Assembly: GCA_045837725.1 (NCBI GenBank)
Contig: JBEWZL010000184.1
Span: 62,001-126,000 of the forward strand
Reading direction: 5' to 3'
DNA: 64,000 nt
Source of the DNA: Vermamoeba vermiformis
Lineage: Eukaryota
The translations under genes and the position numbers were made by a program. Shown here one piece after another: positions 25,998 to 38,794 of this stretch. The notes beneath the pieces are model-generated. The model was given only the letters and a program-made list of their open reading frames with translations, had not been told where the DNA came from and ran no database searches. Every line of letters begins with the position of its first letter. Position 1 is the first letter of the stretch.

Positions 25998-27238
25998 TTA
26001 TTTGAGCAGATCGACAATCTGTTGGTGATTGACGCCAGCACGCGTGGCTAAGATGCCCTTGTCATTGCCGATCGGACCTGTCGGATCGTAACCGAGCGGC
26101 TGACCTGCAATGAGAATAAGAGCGCGTAAATATAGATCTATGAGTGACTAGCGTGCACTACTAGTAGTAGTACTACTTACCGTGCACATCGGTGATGTGA
26201 CCGCCCAGTGCGCGCAACACGGCCTCTGGGGCGGCAGTGTCCCACTTCTTGGTGCCGAGGCTAAATTTGGCAGCGAGTTAGCGCAGCACTTGCCAAATAA
26301 GGAAATGCCAGTACTTGCCTGGGATAGAGATAGCAGTCGGCCTTGCCTTCGAGCAGCATGATGACCTTGTAGCCTGCACCGCCCACTTTGACAATTTCAC
26401 CGACAACTGACGACAACTTGCCTAATTGGGCCTGATCACGTGATCACATTAGCCAAATTAGGAAATTGCACTGACTACTCACATCGATCGCAGGCGTGGA
26501 GTGGAGGCGCGTGGTGCACAACACGAGCTTGTCACGTGACGGCGTGTGCAGTGAAGGCACGTGCGCGCCCACACCGATCCAGCCCCACATGGTGCGACCA
26601 GCAGGCCCTTCAAAGGGCTGGTGCATCACTCCCGCCACTGTCTCGCCGTCCACTGCAATGCCGACCAGTGTCACGACGCAGAAGTGATTGCCGAGCGTGA
26701 ACTCTTTGGTGGCATCGAGGGGGTCAATGAACACCGTCACGCTCTCCAAGGGGTAGTTGACACGTGTCACACTCGGCACTGCAACGCTCGTCAGTTGCGA
26801 CAAGTTGAGATCTGATTGCAAGTGCGGCGTCACTTTCAGCTCTTCTTCGCCGATAATGCGCAGACCCTCGTACCTGTGCATAAGAACGACGTTAAGGGCG
26901 CAGCGATGTTAGTGTACCGCAGTAAGACTTACCGAGCCCTTAAATCCCCTTCGATTAATTCTTGTGCTCGAACATCAGCTTGTGTAACTGCGTCATCAAC
27001 GCCTGAAAATAAATTAGAAAATTAAAAAATATTTTCAAAATTATTGATCTAGTTTGGAAGGCGCTGAACAATATGATCTTGAACGTTATATTACTCAAAT
27101 ATAATTTAGAAATTTACCTTTTTCTTTTACTTGCAAATCGCCGCTCTTGGCCACCTCTCGCACGATATCACCGGCTTTTTCAGCCAATCCAATGCAGTGG
27201 GACAACAAATCTTTAATATTAATTGTTTTGCCTGACAT
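25998..27238 (-). CDS. BPNT1: 3'(2'),5'-bisphosphate nucleotidase (inositol monophosphatase family)
   Basis: [36 protein letters not shown]. Confidence 0.88.
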
Positions 27239-27454
27239 TTGGGTATATTTCGATCGTGTGTAGTGCTTATTATATTTGCAAATGAATTTTGAATGGCTGT
27301 GCTCAAAGACTGTAGTTCTTGTGGTTAAATTTAGCTTAGCACTGGGCAGACGAGACAATATTGCTTTGCGAATACACGATAGCATCACCGGTATTGTATT
27401 CACATGTGACAAATTGGACAAAGTGAATTTATTTGAACGTGTTCTGGATCCGAT

Positions 27455-28967
27455 TTAACGTCTACCGGCAAGTGGAAGTGCATAGGGATAATATGGTGCT
27501 TTCATCTTGAACACTTGCAGAACAAATGCGAAGCAGCCCACGCCCAAGAAGAGCACTAATAAGAAATAGCTCCAGGCCTTGCCCGAGTCTTCGACGCTTG
27601 GGATCCACTCGTTCAACAGAATCACAGCGATACCAATCGCCAATGATAGTGCACCGATAATATATCCCTCGAATTGGAAGTGAGATCTGAGATTGGGCAA
27701 GAAGAGCCTAATCAGAGTCAGTATCAGACACGTGTCACTAATGACATGTAATACGCGTGTCACTCACCAGACATTGCCGCGCTGATCAGTGTGGTACTTG
27801 GGTGGGTTGTGAATGGAGTTGTAGATGATGCCTGATATGATCACAAAATAGAGGACCTATGAGACAGTCAGCTCAGTGCTGTGGAACGAGTCAACATGAC
27901 ATACGCAAGTGAGATTGAAGAACAAGAGTGGTGCACGACGCTTAGTCTTTTCAGGTGCATATTGATACGTGGCCAATAACACGAGACCCATCAACAGACC
28001 AAAGCCAATCAAATAGAGACGCCAGCCCGACAGCTTCAATCTGCTCTCTGCAATCTTGATCTGCGCAAGTGTCAGTGGTGTGAATATCACGTGTTGTTAT
28101 GCGTACATTGGTCTTGGCGAGGGTGTTGACGAACTGGGCCAAGCTCGAAGCACTGTCTTCGCTGTTGAAGACGTAGACATCGCGCGTTTGAAATTTGAAT
28201 TGCTTGCCCGATGAGTTAGTGGGAGGCAAGTGGATCAGCGAGGGGATGTTAGCCACTCGTTTCTGATATGAAGGCTGAGTATAGGGAGTCTTACATATAG
28301 CGCTGCAAGGTACGTACTCTGAGCTGTTCAATCAAATCCTGCACGTCTGCAACGTCCACAATGGCAAAATACAAGTTGTTTTGCGTGCTGTATTGCTTCT
28401 TGTACTCCGCCACGACTGTGTTGAGCTCTTGTTGCATCGCACTGACATTACAGGGCATATTAATATCTGAGGGGCGTGACGTGGATGTGGCTACTTACAG
28501 GCAAGGCTCGCACAGATACTGCGCAGTGTTGCTAGTGAAGTACAGGAATAGGGTGTAGTTGCGCGGACCAGTGGTGGCTACTTGTCGCAAGCTAGCAGAG
28601 TCCAAGCGCAGCTGACCATTCTCTAGCGGCAGTGCCTGCAATTGCTGCCACTTGGCTGCCAATTCTTCTTCATTAGCAGGTGTTGAAGAGGGTGCAGTTG
28701 TTGGCTCAGGTGCTTTAGCTGCCTTTTTGGTCGTCTTGCTTGTCTACCAAAAATAATTTATTTTTAGATCGCCGGAAAATTATCAAATTCAAAATCGCAA
28801 GTGTTAGGTGGTGTAATTACACTCAATAAATTATTTATAAATTAATATAAAATTGTATACGCTGGTTGATTGAGGTGATCTACCTTTTTGGTTGCGCACA
28901 CAGCAGATCCAATGAGCAAAATCAAAATAAGACAAGCACTGTACACCTTCAATCGACTATTATACAT
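27455..28967 (-). CDS. Oligosaccharyltransferase OST3/OST6 (MAGT1/TUSC3) subunit
   Basis: Signal peptide, GPRNYTLFLYFT and CEPC thioredoxin-like region, TM helices, FQFEGYII, FKMKAPYYPY. Confidence 0.82.
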
Positions 28968-29513
28968 TGCAATGAGACGTGTACTTGCTTATTATTTACA
29001 GAACAATAATCTTCGCGACACGTCACGATTGATTTTGACCGGTAATCAAACTGGCAGAAGTGGTATAATGTTAAAGCTGCTTTGATTACCCCTTGTTGGT
29101 ATAGATAATGCTAGGTCTCTTTACGGAGCTAGTGCTTGTCAGTAAAGACGTACCAAAATAGTTGCTGCCGCGATCCATCAGCACGAGATAACACCTTGTC
29201 GTTGACTGTTACGAGAATGATAGTTTTGCAATCAAAAGCCTATTGTACTGCATTGAAATGTAGTACTAAAGCACTGCTCGCTATTTCTTAATTGACCCCT
29301 GAGATTAAGAAACGTAACAGCTGCGATATCTTTTTTACTTTTGCCTGGTGATGAACGTTAGGACACTAAGAATTCAGTTGGTCATATGCTTAGAAATCAA
29401 GGAATTCTCTGATTGATTTTCGCCTGCTCCAATTCTGTGTCTTGTTCCCAACAATTTGCGTCAAACTTTAATGCAATTTGAACGAAACTCCACAATCAAG
29501 TTTAAATGTAACA

Positions 29514-31111
29514 ATGGCAATTAATTTTTTGCGTTCGTTAGTCTCTCAAGATTTAAAGCGGTTCAAAGAAGGAGATGTGGACTTGGATCTGTCATACATT
29601 CGTCACAATTTAATAGGTAAACAATTAGTAGAATGTTCTATTTATTAATAATTCAACAAATTAGTTGCATAACGTCACTACTGGCGTAAAATAATTCAAT
29701 TAATTTTATTAATAATTATTATTCAGCCATGAGCTTCCCGGCCAGTGGCGTCGAGGGAATATACCGGAATAATATTGACGCAGTAGCTGACCACCTCAAC
29801 GCCAAGCACAAAGAGAGCTTTATGGTATTCAACCTCTGCGATAGGACGTACGACAGTCAGCCGCTCAACAAGCGCGTCAAAGACTTTGGTTTTCCAGACC
29901 ACCACGGTCCACCTCTCATGCTGTTCATGCGCATATTGCTCGCCATTGACGATTGGTTGCGCGAAGATGAAAAGCATGTGGCAGTCGTGCACTGTCTGGC
30001 TGGACGAGGCCGCACGGGCACAGTGGTGGCGAGTTACTTGTACTTTGCAGGTGAGTGCGCTTTTAGAGGTTTACTTTGCTGGGCACTGACGACTTACTTT
30101 GCAGGCATCTTCAACAACGTCGATCACGCGCTCAAATACTACGCGCAGAAACGATCAGACAAGGAACAAGGTGTGACACAGCCCTCGCAGCTCAGATATG
30201 CGCGCTACTTGCCGCGATTGCTCGATGAGGGCGTGGTGCCTCGCCCCAAGACACTGCGCCTCAATTGGGTGAAATTCGGTCCCATTCCAGCAGTGTCGAG
30301 TCAGTACGGCATCAGACCCCTGATCTACATCTACAACTACACGAAGAACAAGCTCAGCGACGACATTATCTACTTCTCTGAGAATGTCAAGGACAAAGTC
30401 AAGTAAGTAGCGACACAGCGCCGACTTCACTGTGCAGGCACTGACCGGACTGGACAGACACTACCGCAAGGACGATGGCCTCGTGAGCATTGACACAGCA
30501 GGTGTCGAGCTCAAGGGCGACATTGTGATCAAGCTGTATCATTTGAGCTCCAATCTGTTCGGTGTGCCCAAGCAAGTTGAAGTGTCACGACTCATATTCC
30601 ACACGGGGTTTGTGTCCGCAGACCAGTCTGTGCTGTCATTCACGCGCAAAGATCTTGACGGGGCCTACAAGGACAATCGCTTCCCCGACGACTTTGAACT
30701 GCGCTTGCACTACACCGTGGTGAATGATCCCAAGGAGGGCGAGACTAATGACTTTTGGGACGAAGATCTGCTCAAGCAATTTGTACAGCGCGTACGTGTC
30801 ACCACTCACTCTATTGTACAGTGTGCTAATGGGTATTATAGGCCGATGAGAATAGAAACAAGACTAAGCCCATTGACAAGGCTACACTGACCACGAGTGA
30901 TCTGTCCTCGTCGCTGACTGACTTCACAGTGGTCAAAGAGTTCGAAGAGAGTCTGTGGGTGGATGACGAGCCCGATCTCAACTCGTCTGATGTCGTGCAG
31001 CAGCTGATGGGCGAGGCAGAGCAGAACAACACCAATGTGAATACTACTAGCGATGTGAACAACACTAATGCTGTCCCCCACGACACTGAGCCAGAGAAAC
31101 CAGAGCTCTGA
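29514..31111 (+). CDS. PTEN-like phosphatase with C2 domain
   Basis: DLDLSYI, AMSFPASGVEGIYRNNI, FPDHH, HCLAGRGRTG, GVTQPSQLRY, C2-like FHTGFV. Confidence 0.9.
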
Positions 31112-31280
31112 ACTCCTTTGTAAATTGTTTGTACAGTAAATAACTCGCGATTAGACAAACTGATGTTGAAATTCTGTGCGAGGGAAATTTGAGCGGACAC
31201 GAAACGTTTCTTGCTGAAGGTTCTTTTCTTTTTCGTTCCACTGAAACAAGACAAACAACAGTATTTGTTTTGATTTGTAT

Positions 31281-32808
31281 ATGGGAGACGAATCGTTCAA
31301 TATTTATGATGAAAACATCACCTTCTCACGAGAGGTAAGTCCGGATTTAAAAGTATCTTTTCTAAATTTATGGAAAAAACGTAACAACTTGCCACATAAC
31401 TCAAGATTATTACTTTATTGGATTTTTAATAGTGATAATAAAATCAAAATTTTAGGAGGAAGATGACATCTACCAAGTCAAAAATGAACCAACCAACAAT
31501 GATGATGTTTATGGAGCACCCGAAGAGGAGCACCAAGATGAGGAACGAAAAGTAAAAAGACAAAAAATCGATAACAATGGACCAACAGAAAAGCCGGAAT
31601 TTGTGCCAGACAGCGAATCTGCGGCACTGCACTCAGAAATTAAAGGTGAATCATTATTTAATGCCCCAATAATAATAGCCTGCATATAATTATGTACTAT
31701 ATTGTTTATAAGTATTATTTTAATTGTACAAACGAAATCGATGTAATTAGTAAGCCAAATAAGGCTGTTAGTGTAAATAACGAATCTTGTCTGCGATATA
31801 CGAGTTGCATTGTATATTTGCTCGCATTAGCATCGCAACATGTACTAACTGAACGAAGTGCGGACGTAAATAAAGACGTCTTTAGCAGTACATCATTAAA
31901 TTTATTACGTTATAGGCATGGGACACAAGGTCGTCTTAGATCTTTCTGGCATGACATGGGTACGTACATATATGCTAATCAACAAAGGCGAATAATAACA
32001 CTTGTACTAGTGGACCACCGATCAAGATCTGTCTGATTATTTGAGTCAATTCGGTCGCGTCAAGAAGTTCAAATTCATTGAAGACAAGACCAACGGCAAA
32101 TCTCAAGGCCGTGCTTATGCGGAGATGGATAACGAACAGGACACATTGCGGGCATTTGAAGGTGTCAAGACAACGTAAGTTCGAGACGTGTAATATTGCA
32201 CCCATCACTACTAACGCTGGTGCATCAGACCTCTTCACGGTCGTCCCATTGAAGTCACACTGGCACCCAAAGATATTTTCAAACAGCTCAACACGCACAA
32301 CAAAGGTCGCAAAGAGCGCCGTGAAGCAGGTATTGGAGGACCCATGCCAGGCGGTAGTGGCCCCAAGGGGATGGGTGGTCCTGGCCGCGGTCGTGCTCAA
32401 GGTGGGCGCGGACGAGGTCGTGGTGAGCCTCCAATGGCCCAAGGACCGCCTATGATGGGTTATTATCCGCCCAAATTCCCTGGCGGCGGTTACCCAGGTT
32501 TCCCGATGCCCATGGCGCACGTCAATCCAGCATTCTTCAACATGCCCCCTGGTGGTCGTCCATATCCCTACGATCGATACGAGGACGAGCGTGACCGTGA
32601 CAGCCGTGGCGACAGAGACTCACGTGACACTCGCGAAGATCGAGACCGAGACAGGGACAGAGAGCGCGACAGTCACCGCGACAGAGATCGGGACCGTGAT
32701 CGTGATCGGGACAGAGATCGTCGCTCACGTGAACGAGACCGCAGCTCGCGCAAAAGATCACGTGAGAGCAGCAGAGAACGTGACAAGTACAAATCGTCGC
32801 GCCATTAA
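31281..32808 (+). CDS. CPSF6: Cleavage factor Im large subunit-like RRM protein
   Basis: RRM with MTWWTTDQDL...EDKTNGKSQGRAY, Pro/Gly-rich middle, RD/RE/RS tail. Confidence 0.8.
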
Positions 32809-32929
32809 GTGCACGTGACGCAGAGTTCAATTGTCAACTGTTTGTAAATAAAAACTGAATGCAGTAACCGCGTGTGATAAATTAGTTTATTTATATAAGT
32901 GTCTGACAGTCTGACCAACAAGAATCAAC

Positions 32930-33822
32930 TTATTTCTTCTCGTCAGCAGTCTCAGCGGGCTTGGTCTCTTCAGCGGGCTTGGTCTCTACAGCAGGCTTAG
33001 CTTCCTCTTTCTTGCCACTCAGCGCAGCTACTTCAGCCTCGAAGTGTTTCTTCCAGTCTTGAGCCACTGCAATACAAAGGATTAGATACGCGTACAAGTC
33101 ATCACGAAGCAGTTGTTACGTACATTGTGTGGAGGTGAAGCGAGCAGCAAGCACCTCTTCAACACCCTCGCCTTCAGCAAAGTCAGTGGCAGTCCACACG
33201 AGGGTCTTGTCATTGCCCATGGCCTCGCTCAGCTTCATAAACTTGTGAACTAGCAATGTGGGTCAGCTTACTTATTTCATAATATACGAATAGCGAGCAC
33301 TTACTGTAGTGGTTGGCAGCCAATTTGTAAATTTTGTCTCTTCGCATCAGAACTCTGACCTTGCCAGTCTCCTTGTGTCTGAGCAATTTAATATCACCAA
33401 TACCCTTTTCTTTCCATTCTTTGCTTGCTGAGACATATCTGTACAATTTGCAGCGCCTGCGATAATATTAGAATTATTACAAATTTTTCAAATCCAACCC
33501 AAAAAATGGAGGCTGTAATTACTGTACGTTTAAAAATATGTAATAAGCGTGCCAAAAAAATAGATAAATTCAGGAAGATAATATTTGAATGGAGCAATTT
33601 GCTTTCAAAATAAAAAAATGAGATTTATGCCAAAAAGAAGTCAGAATCCACTCAGAATACCAGATCTACTGCACTAATAACGTACATTTGGCACACAATA
33701 TCCTCGTCCTCTTCGAGGGTCTTGTGATCTCCAGAAGGGGGAGCAACGGTGGGTTGCTCATCCTCCTCTTGCTCCTCGTCTTGCTCGTCTTCGAGTTGCG
33801 GGTTCTTATCGTCGTCAGCCAT
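32930..33822 (-). CDS. RANBP1: Ran-binding protein 1
   Basis: [51 protein letters not shown]. Confidence 0.92.
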
Positions 33823-33982
33823 GGTAGTAATGTTGTTAATAAAGTGTTTGTAACAATACTGAATTGTTCAGCCCAACGATTAAATTAAAAAAGCGCGAAA
33901 AGTTCTGCGGTCAAAATCTCTCGCAGAAAAATGAACCGTGACACCCATCATAGGGCTTTAATAGTCAATTCATACGAAAAAG

Positions 33983-34632
33983 ATGAGCAGTCATAATAGC
34001 GACAGTGAACACAGCGAGCACAGCGACTCAGAGTCGGGCGATGAAAGCCAAAACTATTATGACGCGATTGCAGTGGGCTATGATGAACTGCACAAACAAG
34101 AACAGCGCAGAAAACTCAAATTAATTTTAAATCACTTCAAGTACGATAATAACGAGTTCTTGCTTGACGTTGGTACGTGATCGCGTTTTTTGGTGCAGAT
34201 CGCGTTGCAAAATCAATAATTAATTCAAAACTGACAAGATATATATTCACATAAATAGGTGGTGGTAGTGGTGTCTCAGTTGAATTTTTTAAATGCACAA
34301 TTTTCGGATTGGATCCAGCCCGAGAGTTACTGCGCCGCAACAAATCAAATGTAGTTCACGGTCGAGGAGAGAGCTTGCCATTCAAAGACCACTCAGTAGA
34401 TATCATATTGTGCCTCACTGCTTTGCACAACTTCTCCGATCCCTTCAAGGGACTCGAAGAAATGCGACGCGTGTGCCGTGATCGCTTTATAATTACAGTG
34501 CTTAAGAAGAGTGTTAATGCCGAGCGTACCGAATCTATATGCAAGGCAATCAAAACGATGTTTAAAGTCGAGAAAGAGTTGGACGATCTACACGATTACA
34601 TTTATCTGTGCAGACACCTGGACAAGGAATAA
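33983..34632 (+). CDS. Small class I SAM-dependent methyltransferase
   Basis: Spliced motif I LLDVGGGSG, GLDP, GESLPFKDHSVDII, LHNFSDP...EMRRV. Confidence 0.85.
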
Positions 34633-34695
34633 ACATCGTCCGTTATAATGACAACAAAAAGCCTATTGTTTATTATTCGCAATTTATTTCCGAGT

Positions 34696-37536
34696 TCAAT
34701 TAATCGGGTGATCTGCGCTCGGTTCACTGGGCTTGTACCGCTCGTGACCAGGCACTACACTCCACTTGGGATAGACTCGCTTATACAGACTCATGCACAC
34801 CGTGTCGTGGTGACCAATCTTCGAGTCAAAGTAGCACTTCATGTGCCCGTGCGTACCGAGTGGCTCTTTGATGTTGCCAATGTGTCCATATTTCGTCCAC
34901 AACTCCACGGGCTTGAACCAGTTGATGTCCTCCGCGTTGTAGAACATATCGCGCACCACTGCTCGACGCTTGTGCACTTTGTAAGGCATGCCAGTGAGCA
35001 CAATCTTCTTGATGATCAATCGATCCGGATCCACGCTCAAGAGTGAACCAGTCGCCAGCAATTCACCACCATTGCTGAATATCAGCACGGGCAAGGGCGG
35101 GAATGAGATGGGTGCGTAGACTGATGCCGTGCACACACGATCAGCGTGCAAGAATCGCTCGTACTTGTGTTTGTCGCAGTTGATGTTGTTCTCCGAATAG
35201 AGCGGTGCAGCACTGTAACGTCTGAAGCCAGTGTTGAACACGACTTGATCCTTCGACTTGACCACACTCTCGCAGCTCGGGTGCTTGCTGACAGCGTAGT
35301 GCACGACGGACATCTTGTTCTCGTGCTTGAACAGACCACTCAGTAGCAGAGGGCGCAGGGGACTGTGATTGTCCAACAAGTTGCGCGGCACATCCACCAA
35401 GTGCACTGTGACGTAGAGCCCTGACTCCACGCCCTCGTGATTGTCCAACACGCGCAGACAGGTGCGACGGAAGTTCTGGAACTGGAAGATGCGCGAGTAG
35501 TCGAGGGGCAAGTTCTCTTTCGGGTCCCAGGGCGATGTTCTGAAGCTCTTGAGACCGCGGTACCTGTCACGTATGTGCGGTCAGTATTCAGTGAACAGTG
35601 TGACATCTGTCATTGACTCACTTTTGGAATCTTTCGCGCGCATTGACACCGAGGGGCACATCGACTTCATCGGGGAAGTCGAGATCAAACTCTTCATCGT
35701 CGCGCTTGTGTTTCTTGGCGGACTGTTGGGGCTCAATATCTTCGTACTCGTCGCCGTCTGATTGGTCGTCTTGCACCATCGCCTCATCATTTGCAGCCCG
35801 ATCGAATCGCACAGTCTTCTTGTGTTCGTTGCTGTTGCTGCTGCTGACGTGCACACCTCTCGGCTCATCGTCATCGTCGTCCATCATCTCATCGTCGTCA
35901 TGCTCCTCGCCGTCCTCATCGTCCTCTTCGTCTGAATCAGGGATCCACGCTGCCTCAATGCTGTTGTCGACTTTTTTGCGCAACCGTGCTGTAGTGACAG
36001 ATGAGCAATGATCTTTGTTGACACGTGTCAAACACTTACCTTCAGCGCGATCGAGTTCGTCTTCAGTGGGCCACGTCTGTTCGTTGTTCATCGTGTCCAA
36101 CAAGTTCTCATTCACTAGACTCTCCTGTAGTGCACTGCGTTAGAGGCTATCAACAGCGGGCACGCAGCGTACGTACTCTGTTTTCGTCTGATTGGCCGAG
36201 TATGACGGTGGTCAGTTCCATGCCGCTATTTGTCGTGCTAGGAGTGTTGTCTGTCATATTTACATCGCCGTGATCGGTCTTGCGTTGTTTGGCATAACGA
36301 TGTGGATCTGGCGGTCCTTCAATCTGCGCACAACAGTCAACAATCTACATGCAATATACCCCGCGAATAGCACTCACCATATTCACTTGAAAGTCGCCGT
36401 AGTTCGTGAGATGCACGAGCCAGTTCGGATTGAGCACTCCTCCGCGCAAGTACCCGGACACTAACAGCGTGCCCTTGTCTGGATTCTGCAACGAGTTAGT
36501 GCTGCCACTCCACCAGTACAGCTACAGTACGTACTTGATCGCTGCTGCGGAACTGCGTCTGTTCCACCAACATGTAGGGACGGTTCTCGCGCCAGTGAAT
36601 GGTCTTCACTTTGGTGTTGCACACGAAGCGCAGTACTTGCGTCATGTCCTGCACTTGATCGCAGGGGAACAGACGAGGTTCATCAGAGAACTCAAAGTCG
36701 AGCCAGCCTCCTGCTTGGCGCTTGATTTCAGTCACTTGTTTGGGCGAGGCTTGATCCAGTCCTTGCATCAGTCCAAACACGGTCGGAACTCCTTGGGCTT
36801 TGACAGCTGCTACGAAGGTGCGACCAGTATCGTCACAAAGTTCATCGGCAGTCATAGCCCAGAGAATAATGTCGGCAACCTATGGAAGAGAAGATCAGAT
36901 CTGATTCGATCTCGATCGTGGATCGAAGTGTAAAACATACTTTAGCAATATCTAATACTGCGATCATATCACGAGCTGTTGGGAAAAGCGAGATGCGACC
37001 TTTAAATTGAGCGACACTGGAGGAATGAGTTAGAAAATGTCAGGGATTCAGATGGATCGTACTTGAAAGTCAACGGTACTCCTGGTTTTTTCTCAATATT
37101 ATGAGCCTCGGCTGAAGCGAGAATATTATCCACAATATCGTCCATTCTCACGCGGCTACTAAGAGGAATAATGGCCTATTAAAATAATAATTAATTTTCG
37201 CATCCACCGGATTTACCAAATAAAAATAGCCGTTCAATATTGTCATGTTGAAATCCTCCAAATAATACATACCACTAAAAGTGGAGGGCCCTCATTGGTC
37301 TTGCCCAACCGTTTCTTCTGAATGACCTGCTCACGCTTCTGTTTGGCCAATTGTCTGGCTTTGTTCTTGCGCGCCTCTTTGCTTTCGTGCGCGGTCTTGG
37401 GCACTGCTTTGTTCGACACGCGCTCGATCTTGCCCTTGTTGCGATCACGGATCTGACCCTTTGAGGCGTGCTTGCTTTTGAACGGCTTGTTTTGTTGCTT
37501 GCCGCCCGTGGGGCGATGTCTGAACGGAGTGCTCAT
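34696..37536 (-). CDS. TSR1: Pre-rRNA processing protein TSR1
   Basis: QQNKPFKSKH, EQTWPTEDEL, FPDEVDVP, YRGLKSFRTSPWDPKENLP, GNIKEPLGTHGHMKC, LYKRVYPKW. Confidence 0.95.
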
Positions 37537-37704
37537 GGTTTATTGGAATCTCTTTGTGAGCGACTGTTGGATCCGATCCAAAACAAAATAGAAGAATGAA
37601 AAATTAGTTGATTTTGAAATTTAACAAACACAGGTTCATAACCACATGACAGTGCAATTTAAAATATAATACAACGTTATTGGTTTGATCATCGCATAAC
37701 AGGC

Positions 37705-38605
37705 ATGTCTGACAACGAAATTGAAAGTACGGAACCGTCAAATCCTGCCGAGAATAATCCGACAACTCCCTCGACTTCAAAAGAATCTTTTTTCGAGTGT
37801 AATATATGTCTTGATACTGCCTCCGAGCCAGTATTAACTCCGTGCGGACATTTATTTTGGTACGTCAGCAAAAAAATTATTGAAAAATTGAAATTAATCT
37901 TATTTTTAGCTGGTCTTGTATTTATCAGGTTTGTAAATGACTCAAATATTATTTGCAAATGTTCCGATAAATAATTGTGCTGTTCAAAGTGGATGGAGTC
38001 CGATCGTTCACTACGCGACACGTGCCCAGTCTGCAAGGCGGCAATATCGATCGATAAGCTAACACCTATATACACACGCGGCGGTGAATCACGTGACCCT
38101 CGGTAAGTGGCGAATACTGCCTCGCCAGCACTCTTCACACGTGCTAACAGCGCACAGCAAGAACATTCCACAGCGTCCCAGGCCCGTGCGCCAAGAGAGT
38201 GCTGCCACACAACGGCGTGCGGTACGTGACTGATACGATGACAGAGCTGTTCGTGCAGTGACTGACAGGTGTCCGCGCTGAGCAGGTGTCGCCAATGTTT
38301 CACACGCAGTCGCTGTTCGGTCCATTCGCAGGCCCGCAAGTCACATTCGGCAACGTCTCCTTCTCCACCGCTGTGTTCCCCGGCATGTTTGGCATGCAAT
38401 TTGTACGTACAAACCAGCTGTCGTTAAGTGATCGTAACTAATGGCTGCCACAACCAAACTACAGAACATGCCTCCAGCAGTCCCTCAACAGCCCAATCAG
38501 CAAATGACTCCCGAGCAGATCCGACAAGCACAGCAACAAGCGCAATTCTCGCTGATGATGCTCTTGTTCGGCACTTTTGTCCTGTTTTCCCTGCTGCTGC
38601 TGTAG
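37705..38605 (+). CDS. RING E3 ligase of the RNF5/RNF185 (RMA1) type
   Basis: [41 protein letters not shown], C-terminal hydrophobic anchor. Confidence 0.88.
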
Positions 38606-38794
38606 CCATGATCCCCCTGTACATAAACAACCGTCTTGTAACATAATCACGCTGTCAGTGCTCATGTTAAGTCGCGATCTGTGAGTTAAGCTGTCGGGAC
38701 AAAAAAAATTTTCTCGGCCAGGTTCATTTTTGTCCTACAAACCACATAGAGTAACACCTCTTATTTCATTTATTTTTTTATTTAGTACTTATTT

